Assembly: GCA_963771885.1 (NCBI GenBank)
Contig: CAVYVF010000023.1
Span: 192,001-256,000 of the forward strand
Length of the DNA: 64,000 bases
From: Candidatus Bathyarchaeota archaeon
GTDB taxonomy: Archaea > Thermoproteota > Bathyarchaeia > TCS64
Reading direction: 5' to 3'
Shown: one piece after another, positions 16,939 to 25,600 of the stretch
How positions within the stretch are numbered: position 1 is the first letter of the stretch
How the letters are laid out: each line of letters begins with the position of its first letter
The notes under the pieces: generated by a model
The model's database searches: none
Told to the model about the DNA's origin: nothing
What the model saw: the letters and a program-made list of their open reading frames with translations, nothing else
Position numbers and translations under genes: made by a program

Positions 16939-19265
16939 ATCTTGCCCGCCTCCTTGAGCGCCTTGTGCATGCGATCCGGAGTTATCGGGATCGTGCTGAA
17001 CCTGATGCCCGTTGCGTGGTGGACGGCGTTGACTATGGCGGGGACGATACTGATGATGCTGGGCTCGCCTACGCCCTTGGCGCCGAATGCGGCGTGCTTG
17101 TACGCCTCCTCGACGACTATCGTGTCCCCGATCTCTGGCGTATCCATCGCCGAGGGTATGACGTAGTCCTTCAATCCAGTCGTCGTTACGATGCCATCCT
17201 TCAACTGGAGGTTCTCCATTATGGCGAAGCCTACACCGTGGCTGATGGCTCCGTGGATCTGCCCGTCGACGATGAGTGGATCGATAGCCTTTCCCACATC
17301 CATGGCGGGCCAGATCTTCGTCACCTCAACGACGCCCGTCTCAGTGTCGACCTCGACTTCGGCTACTGAGGCGGCGAAGGTGTAGACGGCGTAGTTGTGG
17401 CCGAGCCCCGTCTCCGGGTCGAAGAAGCGGCGTGGGGAGATGTAGAAGCCGTAGCTAGCCGGGTTCTCTCCGCGTATGTGCATCTGCTCTGCGACCTCGG
17501 CGAAGGGTATCTTTTGCACCGGCTTCTTCTTATTGTAGGCGTGACTGTCGCGCAGCTCGACCTGATCCTCGGGGCAGCCGAGCATGTCGGCGGAGACCCT
17601 GATCATGCGCTCCCTGAGCTTTATCGCCGCGTCCGCTGCAGCACTACCACCCATCATTAGTCCCCTGCTACCGTGGGTCGGCTTGGAGTCTGGGGTCGTG
17701 TCCGTGTCCGCCTCCTCGATTTTTATATCATCGAGTCTGGCGCCGATAATCTCCGCCGCGATCTTCGCGTGGCCGAACGGCGAGCCCTGCCCTATCTCGC
17801 AGATGCATGTGCGGTAGGTTAGGCTGCCGTCCATGTGTATCATGAGGGATGCGGCGCTCCAGTCGGGTGTACTCCGACTCGTGCTGTTGCCGTGGTAAGC
17901 ACAGCCGACGCCCCAGCCCTTCACCTTCGTGCCAGTCCTCACGGGCTCCCTGTGCTTCCACCAGTCGGAGGCTGCGGCGGCGCCGGCGAGGCACTTGTCT
18001 ATACCGCAACTGCTGTCCAGCTCCTGATCACAGGTTGTGTGCCCACCGACCCTGAGGACGTTCTTCATCCTGAAGTCGACGGGGTCCATACCAAGCTCGA
18101 ATGCGAGCTTGTCTACCTGTTGCTCGGCGGCGAAGTGGAGGGCGAGGTTCCCGAAGCCGCGGTAGCTGCCCCCGTAGACCTTGTTCGTGTAGACGGCGCG
18201 CCCGTCTACGGCGACGTTCGGCACCTCGTAAGGCCCACAGGCATGGGCGGTCTGGCGCCATAGCCAGAATGGGGCTCGGTTGGCGTACGCCCCCACCTCG
18301 AGGGTTATCTCCACCTCGACAGCGGTCATGTTGCCCTTCCTGTCGGCGCCTGACTTGTAGTGGAAACGGGCTGGGAACCTCTTCGGCGTCACCGCCATGA
18401 CCTCGCTGCGGTCCATGATGTACGCGGCAGGCTTCCCGGTCTTGACGGCAGCTAGCGCGGTGTACGCCCCGATGAGGGGCCCGGTGTCGTCTTTCTTTCC
18501 GAAGGCACCTCCGCTCAGCGGGTGTATTACCCTAACCTGGTTGAGCTTCCAGCCGAGCATGCGCGCCACCTTCTCCCTGACGAGGTGGGGGCTCTGCATG
18601 CAGGCGATGATCGTGACCTTGCCGACACCATCGGGCACAGCGTAGGCTACTTCGGGCTCCATGCACATGTGCTCCTGATAGGGGGACCAGTAGGTGTCCT
18701 CTACGACGACCTTGGCGTCTCTCCAGCCCTTGGCGATGTCCCCTTTCCTGATCTTTGTCTTGAGTGCAATATTGGATTCCTTGTGAACTATCGACGCGCC
18801 GTCCGCGAGGGCGGCGTCTATGTCGAGCACCGCTGGCAGCGGCTCGTAGTCGACGACGATAGCGTCGAGCGCATCCTGAGCCGCGACCTCGTCGACGGCG
18901 CAGACGAGCGCGATGGGGTCGCCGACATAGTGGACTTTTACGTCGTTCAGGAAGGGCTGCTCCGGCATCGCGTAGCCAATCTCGTTCTCCCCCGGCACGT
19001 CCTTCGCCGTGAGTATGGAGACCACGCCCGGCACACTACGCGCCGCGGAGGCATCCACCCGCCTGAGGAGGGCGTGAGGCTTCGTGCTACGCAGCACCTT
19101 GACAACCATCGTGTCCCTAGGGATGTAGTCTGCCGTGAAGCGGGCCTTGCCGAGCAGCTTGTCGAGGGCATCCGACCGCACAGTCTTCTTCCCCACGACT
19201 AGGTACTCGTCCCTGTTGAGCAGGTCGCTCAGAATCCTATCGTACTCCATTGGCGCCAACCGCAT
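16935..19265 (-). CDS. Xanthine dehydrogenase family molybdopterin-binding subunit (operon 2)
   Basis: QEHMCME, GGAFGKK, SYRGFG, GQIHG, FGAKGVGE. Confidence 0.92.
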   Translation of the reverse strand: MRLAPMEYDRILSDLLNRDEYLVVGKKTVRSDALDKLLGKARFTADYIPRDTMVVKVLRSTKPHALLRRVDASAARSVPGVVSILTAKDVPGENEIGYAMPEQPFLNDVKVHYVGDPIALVCAVDEVAAQDALDAIVVDYEPLPAVLDIDAALADGASIVHKESNIALKTKIRKGDIAKGWRDAKVVVEDTYWSPYQEHMCMEPEVAYAVPDGVGKVTIIACMQSPHLVREKVARMLGWKLNQVRVIHPLSGGAFGKKDDTGPLIGAYTALAAVKTGKPAAYIMDRSEVMAVTPKRFPARFHYKSGADRKGNMTAVEVEITLEVGAYANRAPFWLWRQTAHACGPYEVPNVAVDGRAVYTNKVYGGSYRGFGNLALHFAAEQQVDKLAFELGMDPVDFRMKNVLRVGGHTTCDQELDSSCGIDKCLAGAAAASDWWKHREPVRTGTKVKGWGVGCAYHGNSTSRSTPDWSAASLMIHMDGSLTYRTCICEIGQGSPFGHAKIAAEIIGARLDDIKIEEADTDTTPDSKPTHGSRGLMMGGSAAADAAIKLRERMIRVSADMLGCPEDQVELRDSHAYNKKKPVQKIPFAEVAEQMHIRGENPASYGFYISPRRFFDPETGLGHNYAVYTFAASVAEVEVDTETGVVEVTKIWPAMDVGKAIDPLIVDGQIHGAISHGVGFAIMENLQLKDGIVTTTGLKDYVIPSAMDTPEIGDTIVVEEAYKHAAFGAKGVGEPSIISIVPAIVNAVHHATGIRFSTIPITPDRMHKALKEAGKI

Positions 19266-19293
19266 AGAGTAGACGCCATGGGGTATTTAGAAT

Positions 19294-19860
19294 CTACAGC
19301 CGGGAGCAGCCGAGTATGATCCTGAGGAGTGCGTCTGAGTCACCGGCCTCGAGGGCGAAGGTGCGCGTCGCCTTGCCCTTCACGAGCTCGGTGACCTCGG
19401 CGACCTTGTCCCCCCTGCAGAGGTAGACGGCTACGCCGCCTTGTCTGAGGGAGTCCGCCACTGCGACGGCGCCGGGGTACACCCCTTTACGCTCGGACTC
19501 GAGGCGGCCGTACTCGTCGACGAAGACGACTGCCCCCTCCCTCATCCCCTCGGCGGCTCGTTGGAGTGCGAGGTTTGCGCGGCTGAACCCCTCACGACTG
19601 AATGCGAAGCGTGGGTTGCCGAGGGACTCCCAGTCACCGTTGGAGCCCATGCAAATCGGCTTGACGAGGGGCACCCTCAAGCCAGTGTCAAGCTCAAGAA
19701 TCTCATATCTGGGGTCACCCCCATCTGCGTCGGGGATGCGCATACTGAGAACGCCCATTACCTTTATTCCGTCTGCCCTCGCCCTCCCCGCGGCAACCTC
19801 AGCAGTCCGAGTCTTCCCCCCGCCTATGGGGGCGTGGAGTATTACGGCGCAGCGCATCAT
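19294..19860 (-). CDS. P-loop NTPase (THEP1/DUF2478-like)
   Basis: APIGGGKT Walker A, VFVDEYGRLE Walker B. Confidence 0.7.
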   Translation of the reverse strand: MMRCAVILHAPIGGGKTRTAEVAAGRARADGIKVMGVLSMRIPDADGGDPRYEILELDTGLRVPLVKPICMGSNGDWESLGNPRFAFSREGFSRANLALQRAAEGMREGAVVFVDEYGRLESERKGVYPGAVAVADSLRQGGVAVYLCRGDKVAEVTELVKGKATRTFALEAGDSDALLRIILGCSRL

Positions 19861-19916
19861 CGGGAAGACGGGCGCAGAGGATAAGAACCCAGCGACCGAC
19901 TAGATGCCGAGGACAG

Positions 19917-21350
19917 TTGGACGGTTACGTGAGGAGCAAGATAGTCTGCACCATAGGCCCAGCGAGCAGGAGGCCCGACATACTCAAGGAGATGGCGGCG
20001 TCGGGCATGGACGTTGCGAGGGTCAACCTGAGCCACGGTAGCCTCGACGACCACAGGAACACGATACGCGCCATAAGGAGCCTCGGAACAGTATCCGTCC
20101 TTGTTGACCTCCCCGGCCCTAAGATACGCCTAGGCGAGCTCAAGGAGCCCATCCAGCTCAAGCCCGGCGACAATGTCCACTTCACCACAGAGAACGTCAT
20201 CAGCGAGGGGCTCACCCTCCCAGTCAACTACGCGAAGCTCCCCGCCGAGGTGCGCCCGGGAGGCCATATCTTCATCAACGACGGCCTCATCGAGCTGGAC
20301 GTCATCAAGGTAGACGGTGACTTCAATGGCTTCGACGCCAAGGTTGTGAGCGGAGGCGAGGTGAGGAGTCGCAAGGGCGTCAACGCCCCCGGCGCAAGCC
20401 TGAGCATCCACCCGCCCACCGAACAGGATATAAAAGGCATAGAGTTCGGCGTACAGGCAGGGGCAGACTGGTTCGCCGCCTCGTTCATCAGGAACAGGAA
20501 AGACGTCCAAGCCGTCAAGGAGGCAATAAGCACCGCTGACGGTGATCAGCCGATCATTAGCAAGATTGAGCATGGGGAAGCGATAACCAACATAGATGAG
20601 ATCATCGACGAGAGCGACGGCATCATGGTAGCGCGCGGCGACCTCGGCATCGAGGTTCCACCCTGGGACATCCCCCTCCTCCAGAAGAAGATAATCACAA
20701 AGTGCTACGAAGCGGGTAAGCCCGTCATCGTCGCGACTCAGATGTTGGAGTCGATGGTCGAGAACCCGCGCCCCACCCGCGCCGAGGCGAGTGACGTCGC
20801 CAACGCCATCCTCGACGGCGCAGACGCGATAATGCTGAGCGAGGAGACGGCGATGGGTGCCCACCCAGTAGAGGCGGTACGCGTCATGGAGAGCATAAGC
20901 CGCGTAGTCGAGGCGGGGGCGGCCCTCAGGAACGTGCAGAAGCCCCAGCAAGGACACCCCATCGCGGACATCATCGGGAGCCTCGCCGCCATGGCGACCG
21001 AGGCGGTTAAGCCCTCTGCCATCATCGTCCCCACGCGAAGCGGCTTCACTAGCCGCATGGTCTCAAAGTACAGGCCATCCACAAGGATACTCGCCGTCTC
21101 GAAGGAGCAGAAAATAGCACGCAGGATACGCCTATACTGGGGCGTCGAGCCCATCGACATCCAGTGGAGCGATAACAGGGACGAGCTGATCGTCCGAGCG
21201 GTCAACAGAGCCCTGAGGGAGGGCTACGTCAGGGACTCCGACTCCGTTATGATCGTGTCCGGCTCATCCTTAGAGGCGCCGGGGGGCACGAGTACCCTTG
21301 AGATACTCAGGGTCCGCAACATACTGCGGCACGCAGGGGGGAAGGGCTAA
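19917..21350 (+). CDS. pyk: Pyruvate kinase
   Basis: KIVCTIGPAS, RVNLSHG, DLPGPKIR, IMVARGDLG, ATQMLESM, PTRAEASDVANA. Confidence 0.97.
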   Translation: MDGYVRSKIVCTIGPASRRPDILKEMAASGMDVARVNLSHGSLDDHRNTIRAIRSLGTVSVLVDLPGPKIRLGELKEPIQLKPGDNVHFTTENVISEGLTLPVNYAKLPAEVRPGGHIFINDGLIELDVIKVDGDFNGFDAKVVSGGEVRSRKGVNAPGASLSIHPPTEQDIKGIEFGVQAGADWFAASFIRNRKDVQAVKEAISTADGDQPIISKIEHGEAITNIDEIIDESDGIMVARGDLGIEVPPWDIPLLQKKIITKCYEAGKPVIVATQMLESMVENPRPTRAEASDVANAILDGADAIMLSEETAMGAHPVEAVRVMESISRVVEAGAALRNVQKPQQGHPIADIIGSLAAMATEAVKPSAIIVPTRSGFTSRMVSKYRPSTRILAVSKEQKIARRIRLYWGVEPIDIQWSDNRDELIVRAVNRALREGYVRDSDSVMIVSGSSLEAPGGTSTLEILRVRNILRHAGGKG

Positions 21351-21844
21351 TGCTTGTCGGACTCATCTCGGACACCCATGACAACGTCAATATGATTAAG
21401 GCTGCGATAAAGCGGTTGAACGAGTTGGATGTGGGACTTGTCCTCCACGCTGGCGACTATATCAGCCCATTCACGGCGAAGCCCTACGCAGAGCTGAAGG
21501 CGAAGATGATTGGCGTCTACGGAAATAACTGCGCCGAGAGGGAGAAGCTCAAGGAGGTCTACGCTGCTGTGGGCAAAGAGCTGGTCGGGAACTTCGCCGA
21601 GGTCGAGGCTGGGGGCAGGAGGATAGCCCTCCTCCACGGTCACGACGACGCCCTACTCCGCTCACTTATCGTGCATGGCATCTACGACGTCGTCGTTCAC
21701 GGACACGACCACAAGACGAAGGTCGCCAAGGTTGACTCGACACTTGTCATCAACCCAGGCGAGGCCGGGGGTTGGCTATACGGCAGAAGCACATTCGCCG
21801 TTCTCGACACCGAGAAACTCACCGTCGAGATAGTCGAACTCTAG
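21350..21844 (+). CDS. YfcE/MJ0936-type metallophosphoesterase
   Basis: ISDTHDN, HAGD, GNN, HGH, HGHDH, INPGE. Confidence 0.9.
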   Translation: MLVGLISDTHDNVNMIKAAIKRLNELDVGLVLHAGDYISPFTAKPYAELKAKMIGVYGNNCAEREKLKEVYAAVGKELVGNFAEVEAGGRRIALLHGHDDALLRSLIVHGIYDVVVHGHDHKTKVAKVDSTLVINPGEAGGWLYGRSTFAVLDTEKLTVEIVEL

Positions 21845-22171
21845 GTGTCCGCCTTGATCAGGAAGGCGTTCGTTATGAGCGTCAACCCGGGGCGGGAGGC
21901 GGAGTATGAGGCGCGCCACAATCCCATCTGGCCTGAGTTGGAGAGGACCCTCAAGGACCACGGCGTCCACACCTACACAATCTTTCTCCACCCCGAGACT
22001 AGGCAGCTCTTCGCCTATGTCGAGTACGAGGACCAGGCACGCTGGGACGCCGTCGCCGGGACGCCCATCTGTAGGCGCTGGTGGAGGCACATGGGGGAGA
22101 TGATGCCCTCGAACCCCGACTGCAGCCCCGTCTCCGAGGAGGTGCACGAGGTTTTCCACATCGAGTCCTAG
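21845..22171 (+). CDS. rhaM: L-rhamnose mutarotase
   Basis: EYEARHNPIWPEL, YTIFL, LFAYVE, CRRWWRHM, EVFHI. Confidence 0.88.
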   Translation: MSALIRKAFVMSVNPGREAEYEARHNPIWPELERTLKDHGVHTYTIFLHPETRQLFAYVEYEDQARWDAVAGTPICRRWWRHMGEMMPSNPDCSPVSEEVHEVFHIES

Positions 22172-23919
22172 GTGTAGAGGAGCCTGTAGAATTCCTCGAC
22201 AGACTCCCGGATGTACTTCTCGTCGACCTGACCGAGGGGAGACGGCGTCTCGAAGACTCGGGCGGGTATCCTCAACTCTTTGGCGTTGAAGCCCTCCCTC
22301 TCCTTGAAGCGGTTCTTCTCCCTGAGTATCTGCATACCGATGACCTCGAGCTGCTCGGGCGCGACCTTGTGCCCTGCGGTGGCGAGGGTCTTCAGCACGG
22401 TGTCCTTGTCGTAGATGCCCCTTGCGAAGAAGCAGACAACGAGGCTGCTGAGTATCTGGCGCCAAGCCTCCTCCTTCAGAAGCTTCACGGCGGCCGCTTT
22501 GGGGTCGGGGAGCGCTTTTTCCTTGAGTGCGGTCTGGTCGATGCTGTAACCAGCGGCGTCTAGGTGGCTGTGTCGGCTCCCCGTGAGGTGGCCGATGTGG
22601 CTGACGGGGCCTGTGTGGTAGCCGGGCATCTCGTTGCCGCCGAAAGCCATCGCGTACTCCTCGCCGCCATAGCGCTTCGACGCCTGATCCACGCCCTGAG
22701 CGAGAGCCGAGTAGAACTCGTTAGGCTGCTTAACTATGTACTCGACTGCCTTTGCGTAGCTGGGCTCGTCACCCCACCTGAGGCTGAGGCCGAGTGTCTC
22801 GCCCTGCCCGATTAGTCCCTTCTCCATCGCCTCCGTAGCCCATGAGAGGACGACGCCCGTGCTCATCGCGTCGAGCCCCCATATCTCCACCGCGTCTATG
22901 AGGTGGAGCATAGCCTTCTCGTCGAAGACTCCGACCATGGAGCCGAGGGCGTAGATGAGCTCGTAGTCATAGGGGATCATGGTGGTCTTGTAGAAGTAGG
23001 GCTCATTGGCGTATGGCTCGCGGAGGGCGGCGATGTGTATGCAAGCGACGGGGCAGTGGGCGCAGGCGACGCGACGCCCGAGGTAGTTCTCCGCCAGCTT
23101 CTCCCCCGATATCTTCTCCGCCTCCAGCGAAGTCGTCGCCTTAAGGTTCATAGTGGGCAATCCCTTCTGCAGGTTGAGCGGCATGATGTTTGAGGCAGTA
23201 CCGATGTCATGGTACTTCTTCATCACCGGTGAGGAGACGGCGCGCTTGTAGACGTCGTCGTATGCCTCGCGGTACAGTTTCCTGTTGCTGACCTCGAAGC
23301 CGTGGTCGCCTGATACTGTGACAGCCTTGAGCTTCTTGCTTCCGAAGACGGCGCCGAGGCCGAGGCGGCCGAAGTGACGGTAGGTCTCTGTGATGACGGA
23401 TGCGTATCTGACCAGATGCTCGCCGGCGCCGCCTATCCTCATGATGGTGCGGGTACCCGCCCCCGGCTCGAGTTCCCTGATTATCCTCCCCGTGGTGACG
23501 CTGCTCGCGATCCCCCAGATGCCCGAGGCGTCACGGAACTGGACCCCCTTGCCGTTAATTGATAGGTAGACGGGGGACTCGCTCGCGCCTTTGATGACTA
23601 TCGCGCCGTAGCCCGCCGACCTTATTGCGACGGCGCTGCGCCCTCCAGCGTGGCTCTCCCCGAGGTTCCCAGTGAGGGGTGACTTGAACATCGCAACTGT
23701 CTTCGAGGCGAGTGGGTAGAGCCCCACGAGCGGCCCAACGGCGAAGATTATTGGGTTGTCTGGCCCTAGGGGGTCCGCGCTCTTGGGGCAGTACTCGCTC
23801 AACAGGTTGATGGCGACGCCCGCGCCGCCGATGTAGTACTGGAAGAGGTCGGCTCTGTCCTCGACCTCGAAGCGGCGTGCCGTAAGGTCGGCGATGAGTA
23901 CACGCGTCGGCAGCCTCAA
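22168..23919 (-). CDS. Aldehyde:ferredoxin oxidoreductase (tungsten AOR/WOR family) large subunit
   Basis: KSPLTG..GES.AGG, GR.GLGAVFGSKKLKA, CAHCPVAC, DAMSTG, EMPGYH; TTG at 23919 overlaps the upstream stop. Confidence 0.9.
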   Translation of the reverse strand: MRLPTRVLIADLTARRFEVEDRADLFQYYIGGAGVAINLLSEYCPKSADPLGPDNPIIFAVGPLVGLYPLASKTVAMFKSPLTGNLGESHAGGRSAVAIRSAGYGAIVIKGASESPVYLSINGKGVQFRDASGIWGIASSVTTGRIIRELEPGAGTRTIMRIGGAGEHLVRYASVITETYRHFGRLGLGAVFGSKKLKAVTVSGDHGFEVSNRKLYREAYDDVYKRAVSSPVMKKYHDIGTASNIMPLNLQKGLPTMNLKATTSLEAEKISGEKLAENYLGRRVACAHCPVACIHIAALREPYANEPYFYKTTMIPYDYELIYALGSMVGVFDEKAMLHLIDAVEIWGLDAMSTGVVLSWATEAMEKGLIGQGETLGLSLRWGDEPSYAKAVEYIVKQPNEFYSALAQGVDQASKRYGGEEYAMAFGGNEMPGYHTGPVSHIGHLTGSRHSHLDAAGYSIDQTALKEKALPDPKAAAVKLLKEEAWRQILSSLVVCFFARGIYDKDTVLKTLATAGHKVAPEQLEVIGMQILREKNRFKEREGFNAKELRIPARVFETPSPLGQVDEKYIRESVEEFYRLLYT

Positions 23920-24323
23920 ATCGGCTCTGCCTCCCTCATCGCCAGCACCTCGTGCGGGCAGTAGCCTACGCAGTAGCCGCAGTGAACGCAGATGTCGGGC
24001 TTGTTTGCCTCGTCGTCCCAGAAGACGGCGTGCATGGGGCAAGCCTCCTCGCAGCGGTGGCAGCCGATGCAGGTGCTCGCTTTCAGTACCACGCCTCCGC
24101 CCTTACGTTGGGTTAGGGCGTTTACTGGGCAGACCTTCATGCAAGGCGGGTCAGGGCAAGCCCTGCAGGCGACGACGACGAATCCCCTTTCGAAGCCCCC
24201 CGCAGACTTGACCCTTATCGCCGACTTGGCGAGCCCGCCTTCCCCGAAGCGCCTGTTGCAGGCGAACATGCAGAGCTGGCAGCCCACGCATCTGTCGGCG
24301 TCGACCACGGTGAGCCTCGTCAT
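23916..24323 (-). CDS. 4Fe-4S polyferredoxin small subunit of the AOR-family enzyme
   Basis: Four CxxCxxC-type clusters; translationally coupled to the AOR gene. Confidence 0.9.
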   Translation of the reverse strand: MTRLTVVDADRCVGCQLCMFACNRRFGEGGLAKSAIRVKSAGGFERGFVVVACRACPDPPCMKVCPVNALTQRKGGGVVLKASTCIGCHRCEEACPMHAVFWDDEANKPDICVHCGYCVGYCPHEVLAMREAEPI

Positions 24324-24383
24324 GACTCATTCTGACGGTGAGGTTACTCATTTATGTTATGCATGTATGGGGGCTACACATAG

Positions 24384-25553
24384 CTACTGTTTCTCGCCGC
24401 AGAAGCGGCGGATGACAAGCTCCTGCACCTTCGCCGCGTCGACAATGGAGTCGAGGTCGACCCACTCGACGGCGGCGTGAGCGCCATCGCCCGACGGGCC
24501 GTAGGCGACGGCGGGTATCCCCTTCTCCCACATGATCTGCGTGTCCATCCACCCCGAGCCCCCGATGAAGCCGGGAGTAAGTCCTATCGCCTCCTTGCTG
24601 CAGGTGGCGATGGTCTGGCAGATGTCCGCGGACTCGGGGACATCCATGGGACCTCGGTAGAAGGTTATCTCGTAGCTCGCTTTGAAGTGGGGGTCTTTGT
24701 CCGCGATGCCCCTTAGGAGTGCCTCCATCTCCTGCTCGACGTCCTTCCTCTCCTCCCCGGGGATGGTGCGCCTCTCTATGGATAGAAGACACTTGTCTGG
24801 GTAGGTGCTGAGCTCGAGGCCGCCCTTTATGAAGCCGGCGTGTACGCTAGCGGGGCCGAGGACGGGGTGCTTCCTCTTCTGCAGCTTTATGCCTACGGTT
24901 TCGAGCCCTGTGAGGACGCCGCCCATCTTGGCGATGGCGTCTACCCCCGTCTGCCACATGCTTCCGTGTGCGGCGAGGCCCTTCGTCTCGACGTCTATCC
25001 ACGCGAAGCCCTTGTGGCACCTCTCGATCTGTAAGGCGCTAGGCTCGCCGATTATAGCGGCGTCGACGCGCGTCTTCTCCATCACCCTCTCCGTGCCGAT
25101 GCTTGCGAACTCCTCGTCGCAGACACCAGCGACGACCACGTCTCCATTAAGCTGTGTGCCCGAGTCAACTACCGCCTTCAGCGCCGCGAGGCTGGCAACG
25201 AAGCCACCCTTCATGTCGAATGTGCCGCGGCCGTACATCCTGCCCTCCTTGATGACGGGTTTGAGGGGGTCGATAGTCATATAGTCGTAGCCGACGGTGT
25301 CGATGTGGCCATTGAGCATCAGGCTCCGACCCCCGCCGGTGCCCTTCAGAGTGCCCACGGCGTTCGCCCTCTTCGCCTCGATCTTATCGATCTTAGTCTT
25401 GAGGCCCAGCGCCTTGAGCCATTGGGCGACGTACTCCGCTATCTCCTCCTCCCCCTTAGCCCCCGGAACGAGCGTCGGGTTAACCGAGTCGATCTTCACA
25501 AGCTCCTTGAGCAGCTCCGTGGCCGCCTTCCCGTCCACGCTGGATTTAAACAT
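24384..25553 (-). CDS. ArgE/DapE family M20 deacylase
   Basis: LNGHIDTV, YGRGTFDMKGG, DEE, IIGEPS, GAHAAVEWV. Confidence 0.9.
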   Translation of the reverse strand: MFKSSVDGKAATELLKELVKIDSVNPTLVPGAKGEEEIAEYVAQWLKALGLKTKIDKIEAKRANAVGTLKGTGGGRSLMLNGHIDTVGYDYMTIDPLKPVIKEGRMYGRGTFDMKGGFVASLAALKAVVDSGTQLNGDVVVAGVCDEEFASIGTERVMEKTRVDAAIIGEPSALQIERCHKGFAWIDVETKGLAAHGSMWQTGVDAIAKMGGVLTGLETVGIKLQKRKHPVLGPASVHAGFIKGGLELSTYPDKCLLSIERRTIPGEERKDVEQEMEALLRGIADKDPHFKASYEITFYRGPMDVPESADICQTIATCSKEAIGLTPGFIGGSGWMDTQIMWEKGIPAVAYGPSGDGAHAAVEWVDLDSIVDAAKVQELVIRRFCGEKQ

Positions 25554-25600
25554 AGGTTAGAAGACGACACCATCCGGTTAAAAGAGTGGAGGTTGCTCGC

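Noticed and set aside
8518..19265. Aerobic CO dehydrogenase (coxLMS) assignment
   Set aside because: Neither large subunit has the form I AYxCSFR motif. Only a generic XDH-family call is supported.
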